Virus record (IMG/VR): IMGVR_UViG_3300033075_001437
Location: 32,001 to 96,000 of that record
Direction: 5' to 3' (one strand)
Source: a virus
Lineage: Duplodnaviria; Caudoviricetes
DNA: 64,000 bases
Positions 1 through 10,750 of the stretch are shown piece after piece. The stretch's first letter is position 1. Each line of letters opens with the position of its first letter. The notes beneath the pieces are model-generated. The model saw nothing but the letters and a program-made list of their open reading frames with translations. It was not told the origin of the DNA and searched no databases. The position numbers and the translations under genes are program-made.

Positions 1-321
1 CTCATGCTTTATATTTTATCGTGTCATAATTAATTCAAGCATATTGAGATCACCGATAGTTTTAATGGGGAATTGATATCCGACAAGATACCATTTTGCA
101 TATCTACAATGTAATTCATGGCAGCCTTTTGTCCAATTGAATTTATTCTTTGCCCATCCATTCTTACCAAGCGTTTTATCATCTATAAGTGTTTGGTCAG
201 TAAAATCAAGTGCACTTTCCAATAACACTTTAAATGCTGATGATAACTCATGTGACATCCATTGTTTGTCACATCTACTAACAATTTTGACCGCTTCATT
301 TAAATCCATTGCCAACTCCAA

Positions 322-1587
322 TTAAATTTTAACGCCATTATCTTCAAGCCATAATGACAATTCTGTAAATTCTTCTTGCAGTATAGATATTTGTGTTTCA
401 ACTTCTTTCATCCGATTTAACTTAGAGATTAAATCGTCCAGCCTTTTCGGTTGGTCCGTCTTGACCTTCTTTGGTTCTTTCGGTTTCTGATCCGGTTTGC
501 ATTCTAAAAATTCGGTTTTAATCAACTTTGGGTTTTGAATGACTGGCGTAGTTGACAATTTAGAATAGACCAAATCTTTATCTAAGCCAAGTAATTCAAA
601 AACCTCATTAGGTTTAGAGTTAGGCCCAATAATCTCATCCCAACCTTTAGCTGTAATCCTATAATGCTTATGCTTACCTTTGATATCAACTTTTTCCAAC
701 CATCCACGTAAAACAAGAGGGGTAATAAATGAAAACAACGGGCCAATATATGATAATTTGAATTTATTTTTAATAAATTGTTCCCATAACGGGAGAAAAA
801 TAAACGTTGGAACAGATGAACAATAATATGATTCACCGACAGTCTTAGAATATGACTCAGAAAAAACCTGCAAAAATTCGAATAAATTTTGTTCTGAATC
901 GGCATATCCGTTCAAAGTGAATTTTCCTTTGCTGTTATAGCCAATTTCATCATTCGATTTAATAGACATATCAATAGCCTTTGTCCTGCTTAAAAAAATC
1001 TTCTTAGACTTGCCATGTTGCTCAATATCCAAAACCATCACTTTAACTTCATCGCCAACTTTACAATTTATAGGCTTGCCATAATCCCATTCGTTGATAT
1101 GACATAATCCTACAACAGATGGTAAAATATCGATCAAGCAAAAACTGCTTTGAACATCAACAACCGTACCTGGAAACACATCGCCAACACAAATTTTATT
1201 AATCGATTTGCTGATCGATACAAGGTTCTCATCTGTCTGATTTTGAATATTTAAATCATTATCAGATAACACTCTCTTTTGAGGTTTCAATGTTGCAAAA
1301 ACATCATTAATATCATAATTATTTGGAGGAGACAGATGTGATTCGAATGACCCATCACGATCTTTATATGATGTCCACAATTTAATAACTTTAATACCGC
1401 CAGGGTTAATTATAGATTTAGCTGAAAATTGCGACGAATTCAAAGGCTGTTTACATAATAATTTAACAGTCCAAATACCAGTAAAGCCTTTGTCACTTAA
1501 ATGTTCGTTAACAATATTTCTAGTATGTTCAACGTCTTTTTTGCTAGCACCAATATTATTAATAACAGAAATAGTTAAACCTAACAT
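322..1587 (-). CDS. S1 RNA-binding (OB-fold) domain protein
   Basis: Central VGDVFPGTVVDVQSSFCLIDILPSVVGLCHINEW...KVGDEVKVMVLDIE..KIFLSR matches the S1 domain pattern; flanks unrecognised. Confidence 0.75.
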   Translation of the reverse strand: MLGLTISVINNIGASKKDVEHTRNIVNEHLSDKGFTGIWTVKLLCKQPLNSSQFSAKSIINPGGIKVIKLWTSYKDRDGSFESHLSPPNNYDINDVFATLKPQKRVLSDNDLNIQNQTDENLVSISKSINKICVGDVFPGTVVDVQSSFCLIDILPSVVGLCHINEWDYGKPINCKVGDEVKVMVLDIEQHGKSKKIFLSRTKAIDMSIKSNDEIGYNSKGKFTLNGYADSEQNLFEFLQVFSESYSKTVGESYYCSSVPTFIFLPLWEQFIKNKFKLSYIGPLFSFITPLVLRGWLEKVDIKGKHKHYRITAKGWDEIIGPNSKPNEVFELLGLDKDLVYSKLSTTPVIQNPKLIKTEFLECKPDQKPKEPKKVKTDQPKRLDDLISKLNRMKEVETQISILQEEFTELSLWLEDNGVKI

Positions 1588-1628
1588 ATACTCTCCTTCA
1601 TAGAACTGACTGATATAAACGTTACAAT

Positions 1629-2072
1629 TTACCGCTTTCGCAAACCCTTGTTGGTAAAATCTCTAATACAATGGCCAACAAATTTAAGGCTTATGTTGTG
1701 CCGGTTAAAAAGCTTTTTAAGACGCCTTTGTTTAGCCGTAGCACTCTCTTTATCGTTATCATTAATATGAATGGCGTCATCACCAATTTTGCCAAGCAAG
1801 AATTTAAATTTCGCAGGCACTTTGCTATTATGAAATTCTAATTCCATCCTGACTATTTCTGGCGAAGATGCGCACAAAAGATGCTTTTTGGCAACTCCAC
1901 ATTGATCTGCTATTTGGCCCAAGCAACACATAAAACCTTCTACATTTAACATTTCAGTGTTGCCTCTGCCGATGCAATTTGCATTAGCGGCATACAACCC
2001 GCCAGCACGCCATTTGCTACGATCAATAATAAACGTTTTCTTGGCCGTTTTCTTGACCGCTTTCTTAATCAT
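1629..2072 (-). CDS. hypothetical phage protein
   Basis: 147-aa ORF with MCCLG motif, packed against neighbours. Confidence 0.6.
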   Translation of the reverse strand: MIKKAVKKTAKKTFIIDRSKWRAGGLYAANANCIGRGNTEMLNVEGFMCCLGQIADQCGVAKKHLLCASSPEIVRMELEFHNSKVPAKFKFLLGKIGDDAIHINDNDKESATAKQRRLKKLFNRHNISLKFVGHCIRDFTNKGLRKR

Positions 2073-2367
2073 TTGATTGCCCTTTTAATTTATAAACTGC
2101 ATTTCTACCAACACCTTCTTTTACAACAACACCACTTTTTGTTAACTGGCATAAGACAGCAATTACAGCATAATAATATCCTTCACTAATAATAATATCA
2201 TAATCTCTATTCTTAGCATTAGAGTGATGATGATATTTAGAATAAGCATATTCTGGTGTAATATGCTTCTTGCACACTAAAACTAATGTCAAAAGATCAA
2301 CAAAATCTGTCTCATTTAGATGCTCGATAATAGTTTTTCTAATAGCGCTTGATATAGTGTTTTTCAT
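2065..2367 (-). CDS. hypothetical protein, possible winged helix
   Basis: C-terminal LCQLTKSGVVVKEGVGRNAVYKL resembles a wHTH wing. Confidence 0.45.
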   Translation of the reverse strand: MKNTISSAIRKTIIEHLNETDFVDLLTLVLVCKKHITPEYAYSKYHHHSNAKNRDYDIIISEGYYYAVIAVLCQLTKSGVVVKEGVGRNAVYKLKGQSND

Positions 2368-2370
2368 ACG

Positions 2371-3303
2371 TCATTTCTTTTTACAAATCGATTCTAATTT
2401 AGTTATAGCTTTTTTAAGTTTAGCAATAACAGTTTTTGCTTCATCGAAAGATATAAACTGAGTATCATTAAATGACGAAATACTGTCAATCAACTTACAA
2501 ATCCCTTTGTCAGAATCAATTTCACTCAGTAATTTATTTCTGATAGGTTTAAACGCTGACCTTTTATCTTTCAGAGTTACAATATTACTACGAAACGCTT
2601 TAATATGCTCAATCTTACTATTTTTATCATGTTTTTTCTTAACTTCATCGACAATAGATTTTACTTGATCATATGTAAACCTGCCAACGGCAGCAGTCCT
2701 ACCAAGTTCTTCTACGATATCATTGTCTTCGATAGTATGCAATAAAACTAATACAGAATGATGCAGATTGATAGTATTAACTCCTTTACTTTCAAGGAAT
2801 TCTCTCACTTTAGTAGAGCTAACATAAGCTTGTACCATATCATATCTAAGATTCAATTTACGAGCAGCTTCACTAACCGTTAGATTATGATGATTATGAA
2901 GATAAACAGCCTGCTGTAAAAGTTCGTCTTTAGACAAAGACAAACCGTGGTCGGCATTATCTGTTCTTCTAATAAGTTCTTTAGTATCTCTGTCAGCATT
3001 TAATAGAACATAAGCATAAATCTCAGTATCAATTTCTAACGCTGCTGAAACACGATGATTGCCGGAAATAATTTCATGAGAAGATGTTATAATAGGAGGA
3101 ATAAATGGCTTCTTAGATACCATTCCTATAGATAACTTACTAACATGATCCATATCCAACTTCGATTTAAATCTCGAATTGGATAACGATGATTCTTTAA
3201 TTTTAAGACTAGCAATACTAACTATTCTATATTCATACTTAAGCCCTTTAATACTTTTCAATTGTTCTTCAAGGACATTGCTTCTAACCCAATTGATTTT
3301 CAT
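2371..3303 (-). CDS. ParB/Srx N-terminal domain protein with HTH
   Basis: PPIIT..EIISGNHRVSAA motif, then LTVSEAARKLNL HTH-like segment. Confidence 0.7.
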   Translation of the reverse strand: MKINWVRSNVLEEQLKSIKGLKYEYRIVSIASLKIKESSLSNSRFKSKLDMDHVSKLSIGMVSKKPFIPPIITSSHEIISGNHRVSAALEIDTEIYAYVLLNADRDTKELIRRTDNADHGLSLSKDELLQQAVYLHNHHNLTVSEAARKLNLRYDMVQAYVSSTKVREFLESKGVNTINLHHSVLVLLHTIEDNDIVEELGRTAAVGRFTYDQVKSIVDEVKKKHDKNSKIEHIKAFRSNIVTLKDKRSAFKPIRNKLLSEIDSDKGICKLIDSISSFNDTQFISFDEAKTVIAKLKKAITKLESICKKK

Positions 3304-3353
3304 AATTTCTCCGATCTGTAAATCGATCTAACAATGCTGTTGCAAATACATTG

Positions 3354-4262
3354 TTACAGCTGAACCAAAGAAGATAAGAGCAAAGACATTCTATTGATAT
3401 ATGTATGATTATTCATAACATATTCGTGTTGCAAATTTGCAACACGATTTCGTTCAGATTCATTATTTAAATAATATTCTATCAAATCTAGATATTCTTT
3501 ATGGTCATTTGCTACAATAGCGTCAGGTATCATCTTCTTAATAGACGGAGAATCATGCACAAACAATGTGCCGACACATGCTAATTTAAAAGCTCTTTCA
3601 GGAATGTCAAATCCGAACACATGTGTATGGTGTTCAGATATACATGGCCCTATTTTACCTAATTGCAAAAACTCATTAGAATCTTTATCTTCAAGTATAC
3701 CAGAAGAAATATCACCCCATTCACCCCAACCGTACAATTTATAATTTTTAAATTTCTGCAAGACAGGCAGTAAGAACTTGTCTATCGTTTTACCCTTATA
3801 AGCCCATTTACCACCTAAGTATATCAAATCATATTTTGGTTCTATGTTTAATTTTTTATATATGACAGAATCTGCTGCTGTTGGCATTGGAACCCATTTA
3901 AAACCAAATTTTTTCCAATCAGCCCAAAAATGTCTATCATGATCAGCACCATATCCAAATATCAAATCTGGTTTTAATTTTTCTATTTTTCTAATAGATT
4001 CAGGAGTTTCATTTACCCCTGTTTTAATATTGCAGTAAGGATTAACATGCATGGCAATCTTACAATTGCTTCTGTCAACTTTATCTAATGGCTGCATATG
4101 CCCAGAACTACCTATATATAGTTCTGGATTAAAACCTTGCCATTGTGGAATACTCCCATCCCACCTTTGAACAGTATGACCTAAATGATTTAAAGCATTA
4201 ACAAAACCATCAGTTATGAACCCAAAAGCACCTGATGGGCGATTTACGACCATTATTCTCAT
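3354..4262 (-). CDS. GT-B glycosyltransferase (CgeB-like)
   Basis: YDLIYLGG, PERAFKLACVG, YYLNNESERNRVA..NHTYINR pattern. Confidence 0.7.
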   Translation of the reverse strand: MRIMVVNRPSGAFGFITDGFVNALNHLGHTVQRWDGSIPQWQGFNPELYIGSSGHMQPLDKVDRSNCKIAMHVNPYCNIKTGVNETPESIRKIEKLKPDLIFGYGADHDRHFWADWKKFGFKWVPMPTAADSVIYKKLNIEPKYDLIYLGGKWAYKGKTIDKFLLPVLQKFKNYKLYGWGEWGDISSGILEDKDSNEFLQLGKIGPCISEHHTHVFGFDIPERAFKLACVGTLFVHDSPSIKKMIPDAIVANDHKEYLDLIEYYLNNESERNRVANLQHEYVMNNHTYINRMSLLLSSLVQL

Positions 4263-6091
4263 TTAATATACCTTTTATTTTTATCAACTAAAATTCTAAT
4301 TCTTTCAGACATTTCAATACCCTTCAACTTTTTCTCTAAAGCTGTATTTTCTGCATGATGCGACTGCCAATTATTGGCTCTAGGATGCCAAAGATGTGTA
4401 AATGTATGATACCTATTGCTTAACCAATTACCAGTGCTTATTCTAGAATAAAATTCGCAATCTTCATTGCCATACCCTTCAAAATCTTCATTAAACCCGC
4501 CAACCGCCCAATATTTTTTAACGGTCGAAGCTAACGACCCCCCTTCAAAATACCCAACAGCTCTTTCAAAATGCACATCATTATGTATATAGCCATTGTT
4601 ATTTATAAGATCTGTACTGTCACTATTGGCATAGATCACATTTTTACCAAGATGACATGAATCAAATTCTTGCAAAGTATAATATATATCATTTGTATAT
4701 AGATCGCATGCTAACATATCAGCGTCATGTAATATAACAATATCATGGCTAGCGTCGGCTACTCCGACATTGAAAGCTTTAGACTTATTAAATAATTCAC
4801 GTCTTGCTTTAGTAAAAATATGCTTAATATTTTGATCGCTAATATTAACTTTAGAATGACTGTCATACTCGCTTAAAATTATCTCAATATTTGGAAATTT
4901 TTGCGATTTTATATTGTTTAAAACTGTTGACAATGACTTGTTTCTACTAAGTTCCATGAATGGCACAACATATGATACACTAGGAACTTTTACATCAGAA
5001 TCAACATAGCTATTTAACCTTGAACCATCGAAAACTCGCTTAGCTTTATTTAGTAATTCAGTTTTATTTGATATTGAAGAATTATCATTATGAATCCTAA
5101 AATAATTAGATGACTCTTCAATATCATAAAACCCATCTGGCTGTATGTTTAACCTAGATCCCCTTGATGACCAATCTACGTGTTCCATACCATACAAGCC
5201 ATATCTTTGGTCAAAGTAACCACACTTTTGAAAATATGAATTTGTATATGCTAATATAGCACCATGTGGTTTTTCGTAAACAACATTTAAATTTATATTG
5301 TTTATTTGTGCTATTTCACCTTTATTTGTAGCATTATATATCCCTGGTTGCCTAAAAACCATATGCCCAAGTTTTGTTTTGCTCATTACTGTGCTATAAA
5401 AATATTCCCACCCATGCGATAAAACTTCGACATCATCATTTAACAATAAGCAATTATTAAATCTAGACAAGCATTTTAACAGTCTATTAGAATTTCCTGA
5501 GATGCCAAGCCTTTCATCATTTTTAATAATTACAAAATTATTTGGCATCTCAGATAGATATTGAACCATATCATCCTTATCACTACAATCATCGCTTATA
5601 AATATTGTCGTCTTATTCAAATCTGTGTATTTAATAATAGAATTTATTAACCTCTTAAGGGAATCAACTCTATTATATGACAATATTCCTACGCCGATAT
5701 TATTACTAATAGAATAGTTGGTATTCTTAAAATTATCTATTACTATCTTCTCTATATTAGCTGTTTTTCCTACTATCTGTTTTGGTTTTGGGTCTTCTTT
5801 TTGTGGTGATTTTATCGCTTTCCTATTTATAGCTATAGATTTTGTTTGTTTTACCTTTGGTATTTTAATAATATTATTATTTTCTGTAATTTGTTTATTC
5901 ACGTTTGTGTTTATAATATGTTTTATAATGTTTTTAGTTTTATCAGTTATTTCTCTGATATGCCCAGACCTACAATATTTTACAAATTCTTGAGGAAGCT
6001 CTATTTTGGCCCCAGGATTTATCTTTATTGTTCTACCATCATTACCAGTTAGGTAAACAATGTATTTATTTGGGTTTATGAATTCTGGCAT
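4259..6091 (-). CDS. double GT2/GT-A glycosyltransferase
   Basis: ILSYNR..DDCS..LLNDDV..YGMEHVDW; second domain FNKSKAFNVG..HDADM..GGFNEDFEGYGNEDCEF. Confidence 0.85.
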   Translation of the reverse strand: MPEFINPNKYIVYLTGNDGRTIKINPGAKIELPQEFVKYCRSGHIREITDKTKNIIKHIINTNVNKQITENNNIIKIPKVKQTKSIAINRKAIKSPQKEDPKPKQIVGKTANIEKIVIDNFKNTNYSISNNIGVGILSYNRVDSLKRLINSIIKYTDLNKTTIFISDDCSDKDDMVQYLSEMPNNFVIIKNDERLGISGNSNRLLKCLSRFNNCLLLNDDVEVLSHGWEYFYSTVMSKTKLGHMVFRQPGIYNATNKGEIAQINNINLNVVYEKPHGAILAYTNSYFQKCGYFDQRYGLYGMEHVDWSSRGSRLNIQPDGFYDIEESSNYFRIHNDNSSISNKTELLNKAKRVFDGSRLNSYVDSDVKVPSVSYVVPFMELSRNKSLSTVLNNIKSQKFPNIEIILSEYDSHSKVNISDQNIKHIFTKARRELFNKSKAFNVGVADASHDIVILHDADMLACDLYTNDIYYTLQEFDSCHLGKNVIYANSDSTDLINNNGYIHNDVHFERAVGYFEGGSLASTVKKYWAVGGFNEDFEGYGNEDCEFYSRISTGNWLSNRYHTFTHLWHPRANNWQSHHAENTALEKKLKGIEMSERIRILVDKNKRYIK

Positions 6092-6092
6092 T

Positions 6093-6644
6093 TTAAATTT
6101 TAAAATATAATGGCGAATTTGTTACACCATCTAATTTAAATGATGATGGTTTTAAGATAACGCCATTTATATATTCACTAAAATTTTTAAGTTTTTCGTC
6201 AGTGATTTGTTCTACAGATATAACTCTAAAATAATCAACACACTTTCCAAAAACATCCTTAATCATACCAGGACTACAAAATTTATTTTCTGATAATTTG
6301 ACATCTACTAAAATGAATTTGTTTTCTTCATTTATAGAAAAATAGAAAACAGCGTCAAATAATCTTATCGTAACTATAAGATCTAACAAAGCATTATATG
6401 TCTTTGACCTTAAAAAAGATTCTATAATTTTATATTGTTTGCTGTCTGATGGATCTAAACTATTACCATCAAAATCATAAAACTGGTGTTTTATCTCTTC
6501 TTCTATTGATATATGAACAGCTAACCCACTAGTATTGTATGGTTCTATGACATAATATATATTACCTATTATCAAATCTTCGTTTTTGCTCAAAAATGAC
6601 GGATATTTAAATGTACCATATGATCGTGTTTTTAACTGAGTCAT
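6093..6644 (-). CDS. hypothetical protein, possible degenerate RNA-ligase fold
   Basis: Order VIEPYNTS / ILVDV / NGVILKP / YFKI resembles ligase motifs I, IIIa, IV and V, without the motif I Lys. Confidence 0.35.
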   Translation of the reverse strand: MTQLKTRSYGTFKYPSFLSKNEDLIIGNIYYVIEPYNTSGLAVHISIEEEIKHQFYDFDGNSLDPSDSKQYKIIESFLRSKTYNALLDLIVTIRLFDAVFYFSINEENKFILVDVKLSENKFCSPGMIKDVFGKCVDYFRVISVEQITDEKLKNFSEYINGVILKPSSFKLDGVTNSPLYFKI

Positions 6645-6924
6645 GTTTTTGTATAGCCCAATTTCCTTGGTGAGAATTTCTGATTGTGTCTAATTTTATT
6701 TTATACGTTTCTCTTTTTTGTTCTTCATCAGTCATTGTAAACAATAAAAAAGGAACTCCAGAAAAAATGATATCGACAACTTTCTCATCATTATTGATTA
6801 TAAACCCGTGCCACGTTGAAAACCACCTACTCCATACAACATAATCGCCATATGTTGGATAATATTCAACCAACGGTTTATACTGACATAATGGCGGAGG
6901 TTCTACTACTGTTGCTATTGGCAT
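6607..6924 (-). CDS. hypothetical protein
   Basis: 105-aa ORF overlapping neighbours in an operon. Confidence 0.6.
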   Translation of the reverse strand: MPIATVVEPPPLCQYKPLVEYYPTYGDYVVWSRWFSTWHGFIINNDEKVVDIIFSGVPFLLFTMTDEEQKRETYKIKLDTIRNSHQGNWAIQKHDSVKNTIIWYI

Positions 6925-7334
6925 ATCAACTCATGTGTGTAAATGTTATACTTATAAATCTTGTTGTTTAAATTCCAACAAATTAATAACCCATCTCTAT
7001 ATCCGCCAAACCAACTTTCTATCAATTTATCAACCCATATACGTGATTTTATCGAATTAAGCATTTTTATGGGTTGAACAGTCTTGCCATTTATTTCAAC
7101 TGGCGAATAAGCAACATTTTCTGTTCTATTCTTAATTATATCAAGACCATCAATTATAATATCTCTAGGTGTTTTACTACTAATATTAGCTTCTACCAAA
7201 TGCCTATGACTGCCATTTTCATCGGATATATCAAAGATATTTGATATTTTATGGCTAATCGACCCTTTATTATTAGGACAAAAATCTTTGATAGTGTTTT
7301 TAATATCGTCAACATTATTAACCATTTTGTTCAT
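6915..7334 (-). CDS. hypothetical protein
   Basis: 139-aa ORF overlapping neighbours in an operon. Confidence 0.6.
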   Translation of the reverse strand: MNKMVNNVDDIKNTIKDFCPNNKGSISHKISNIFDISDENGSHRHLVEANISSKTPRDIIIDGLDIIKNRTENVAYSPVEINGKTVQPIKMLNSIKSRIWVDKLIESWFGGYRDGLLICWNLNNKIYKYNIYTHELICQ

Positions 7335-7815
7335 TGTTATTCCTAATTACGAGAGTCACATTATGATCAACACTATATACTCTGCCTTTTTCTATTATTT
7401 TATAAACTATATGCCAAAAATTAGACAAACCCATTATAACAAATACCAGTATAAAATTATGATCTGTTTTCATAAAGCATTGTATGAATAATAATGATAC
7501 CCAAAAACTCATACAAAATCCACATGTAAACAATTTGTGAACAGATTGAGATATATAGCAAAGTAAATTATATGAAAAATCGTTATTCAGCAAACGATAT
7601 AAACATAATGAGCAGCATTTAGAACAAAATGCTCTTTTAATAATTTTAATCGTTTTACTTTTAGATCGTCCCAATGACATATCTATTTGCATATCATATA
7701 ACCAACCTCTTATAGGATTTGTTATATATGAATCAACTATTACTTCTGTCACTCTTTCTACAGCCAACGTAATTAATACTATACTAAGCACTTCGTTTAT
7801 ATTGATATCTATCAT
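7318..7815 (-). CDS. membrane protein (DUF1360-like)
   Basis: Hydrophobic helices and LFTCGFCMSFWVS motif. Confidence 0.5.
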   Translation of the reverse strand: MIDININEVLSIVLITLAVERVTEVIVDSYITNPIRGWLYDMQIDMSLGRSKSKTIKIIKRAFCSKCCSLCLYRLLNNDFSYNLLCYISQSVHKLFTCGFCMSFWVSLLFIQCFMKTDHNFILVFVIMGLSNFWHIVYKIIEKGRVYSVDHNVTLVIRNNNEQNG

Positions 7816-8011
7816 CTAACCACTTTTCTACAAGTCGAGTTTGTGCATTGTGCGCGTTCTTTTCCAGCTATAATTACGCTCATAAGCGAATGGTTGCATT
7901 CTTTACATTTTTCTGTCGGTATAACAGATTGCTTTGATATAACACTAGATTTACTAAGTTTTATAACTAATGGGGCGGACGGTTTAATAGGACTACTAGA
8001 CTTTGTATAAG

Positions 8012-8644
8012 TTACTCTAATTGGCCCTGATGGTTGTCCTGTGCAGCACATTTTTCACCTACTAATATGTGATTTATATTTATATTTTTACTGAAATCTT
8101 CAAATGAACAAAAAATTACAGGATCAAGGTTTATTTCAACCATTTTTGGTTTTTTGCCATGTGATACATCACATGATATTGGATTTATATATTTATAATG
8201 GTCATATAATATATGTGGGAAATTTAATTCTATTTGTTTGTCTATAAAGAAATTGTAGCTAATCGCTGTCCAATCTGTATTAGCTTGCGGTCTAAAGAAA
8301 ACAGTTGGATATATGACACGTTTTTTAATTTTAGATAACAACGTTGCGTCATACGATGATTGGTGATAAAATTTCGTAAACAATGCTTTATTTGGTGTTT
8401 TAAATAAAGCGTTAATGCTAAAACCCATTTGGGTTTTAACCTCTATAGTGCAATTTATATCAAATCCTACTGGTATTACATCGCTTGTTGAATCGATATC
8501 TATCGTTTGTACGTCTCTTCCTTCTATTCTTCTTCTTCTAAATTGCATCCCGGACCATTCAGTTAGCAATTTAGCTATCTTTCTTTCGTATGCTTTTCCT
8601 CTTTGTACATTAGATTTCCCAATTTGGCTTGCAGTTTTTGCCAT
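8012..8644 (-). CDS. Holliday junction resolvase (Hjc-like PD-(D/E)XK)
   Basis: RGKAYERKIAKLL...SDVI...IEVK; lies in the recombination cluster. Confidence 0.7.
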   Translation of the reverse strand: MAKTASQIGKSNVQRGKAYERKIAKLLTEWSGMQFRRRRIEGRDVQTIDIDSTSDVIPVGFDINCTIEVKTQMGFSINALFKTPNKALFTKFYHQSSYDATLLSKIKKRVIYPTVFFRPQANTDWTAISYNFFIDKQIELNFPHILYDHYKYINPISCDVSHGKKPKMVEINLDPVIFCSFEDFSKNININHILVGEKCAAQDNHQGQLE

Positions 8645-8908
8645 TTTATTATGTATGATATGTGATAATCATTGTGTTATCAATATGATGCACAATGTAG
8701 TTATCACTAGCTTCAGCTAATATGTACTCTTTAATAGTGGGATAACCTGAAGAATTTGGAACATCATCTGTCGGCAATACTCTTACTTGAGAGCTAGATG
8801 TTAAAACGCTTTTTATTGATGTGGCACTGCTATTCTTATTTATAATAGAGCCATCTTTAGTGCTGACAGTTTGAATCGTCAAGTAAACAACATGTGCTTG
8901 TGCCATTT

Positions 8909-9736
8909 TTATCTCAAATTCTTAAAAGGGTATACTACATCATGATATATACTTAATACCGAATGCAAACAATTACTTCTAAGTTTATCTTTGATGATTT
9001 GGTCATCATATTTAGTTTTTGTAGCCATAATCCTATGTGCATATAACCTATTTTCATTAACTTTTGGACACATCGATAAATCTATCAATATAAAATTCAT
9101 ATCAAAAATTTTTCTTCCTTTAATATCAAAAAATTCTTGCATAGAATGTATATCGTTAGCCATAGCTGTGCCTTTAACAGGACCAATACCAAAGTAACCA
9201 TCTATAACATCTGTTTTATCACCAACCAATGCTTTCAAAACAGTAGGGCTATGTTTAGGTGGTTCAATATATTTCTTATCACTCGGATTGTATAATTTGC
9301 AATGCTTATAATAAAATGGCAATTGTATCATATCGCTATCAGTAGACACGACCGTTATTTCGTCTGGTGTCGTGTTCATAACTAAAGCGTATATTAAATC
9401 ATCCGCTTCCATTGTATCAATATAATATTGTCTTACATTCATATCGCTCAATATATCTGTTAGAACCGCTGATGTATGTTTTAAATCGTCTGTAATATCA
9501 ACAGTATACGCAGTATCTCTATCTTTATATGTAGGCAATATTTTCCTACGCCATACATTAGTTCTTGGCGCGTCCCAGCACACATGAACATGTGTTGGTC
9601 TTATAATATTCATAAATGTTGTTAATTGCTTTAAAAATATTTCTACATAATTTGATTTACCTGTTATTTTAGCAGAATATATGCATTTATACAATAAATT
9701 TCTAGAATCTACCGCCATGTGTACATTTGGTTGCAT
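8909..9736 (-). CDS. 5'-3' exonuclease / T4 RNase H-like flap endonuclease
   Basis: VDS..., WD, YKDR, EADD, STDSD, LVGDKTDVIDGYFGIGP. Confidence 0.9.
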   Translation of the reverse strand: MQPNVHMAVDSRNLLYKCIYSAKITGKSNYVEIFLKQLTTFMNIIRPTHVHVCWDAPRTNVWRRKILPTYKDRDTAYTVDITDDLKHTSAVLTDILSDMNVRQYYIDTMEADDLIYALVMNTTPDEITVVSTDSDMIQLPFYYKHCKLYNPSDKKYIEPPKHSPTVLKALVGDKTDVIDGYFGIGPVKGTAMANDIHSMQEFFDIKGRKIFDMNFILIDLSMCPKVNENRLYAHRIMATKTKYDDQIIKDKLRSNCLHSVLSIYHDVVYPFKNLR

Positions 9737-9743
9737 AAAACAA

Positions 9744-9771
9744 ACGCCGCATAATTATTATTATGCGGCGT
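9744..9771 (-). terminator. intrinsic terminator-like hairpin after ssb
   Basis: Perfect 12-bp stem acgccgcataat/attatgcggcgt with a 4-nt loop, followed on the minus strand by TTGTTTT. Confidence 0.75.
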
Positions 9772-9812
9772 CAATAGTGTTAAGATGAATGTTTTGAACT
9801 AAAATATTCTGA

Positions 9813-10742
9813 CTAGCTGTTGAAACCTTCCAACATTCTAGAGATTTCATCTATATCAGGGTCTGGCACTTTAGCTTTAGGCTTATCTGACGTTTCAGTT
9901 TTAGATTCAACCTTAACTTCAGATTTAACCTCGGCTTTCGCAGGAGCAGATGCCTTAGTTTCGTCCATGTTAAAACCAGAACCATCATCGCCATTTAAAA
10001 TAGACGAAGCTAACTTTGCAACAGCGTCTGGTTTTGGCACTGTAATCTTAGAAAAGATGTCAATTCTAGCTTCCAAAATTTTAACAATATCATCAGGTGT
10101 GCCAATTGGAACAGGCTTACCACCATTATGTATAAACTTTGAAGATTTATAGCTATTCGACTTACCTTGCTTTTCCGCTTCAAGCTGAAACATAAAAGCA
10201 GCGTTTTCGTCATAAAACACACCATATGCTTGCGGATCATCCGCAAGCCCACAATCTGTGCGCAGAATAGCAGCAATCCACTTATCACAACAGGTTTTAG
10301 ATCCCTTGTAATATTTAACAGTTCCACGTAGTTCTTCTGGATTAACTGAAATATTAGGAAAATAGATGTTAACAGTATAAAACGTCGTTGGCATCCACGC
10401 TTTAACTATAGCACGTCTCTTATCTTCATCTTTCTCAGTTTTCAACATGTCAAAACCAATTTGACATAATTCACACTTTTCATTATTCCATGTTCTAGGG
10501 CATGGGTGTGGTCGATTCTGTACCCAGTGATCACCGTGCTGAACATAAAAATTTTCCATCGATTGTTCAGCTATACCAGACTTTATTTTATCGCCTTTTT
10601 TAATTGGCGGCAGTACAAAAAATCGATATTTCAACGATTCATTGTTTTCTGCTTTTGCTGGTTTAAACTCGTCAGAGTCATTATACTTGCCACTAACTTG
10701 TTGTTTCAGTCTGTTTCGAATTGCATCTACATCGTAAGCCAT
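9813..10742 (-). CDS. single-stranded DNA-binding protein (T4 gp32-like)
   Basis: RFFVLPP, H..CP......CELC Zn ligands, YKSSKF, acidic C-terminal tail. Confidence 0.8.
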   Translation of the reverse strand: MAYDVDAIRNRLKQQVSGKYNDSDEFKPAKAENNESLKYRFFVLPPIKKGDKIKSGIAEQSMENFYVQHGDHWVQNRPHPCPRTWNNEKCELCQIGFDMLKTEKDEDKRRAIVKAWMPTTFYTVNIYFPNISVNPEELRGTVKYYKGSKTCCDKWIAAILRTDCGLADDPQAYGVFYDENAAFMFQLEAEKQGKSNSYKSSKFIHNGGKPVPIGTPDDIVKILEARIDIFSKITVPKPDAVAKLASSILNGDDGSGFNMDETKASAPAKAEVKSEVKVESKTETSDKPKAKVPDPDIDEISRMLEGFNS

Positions 10743-10750
10743 TTTTGCAC

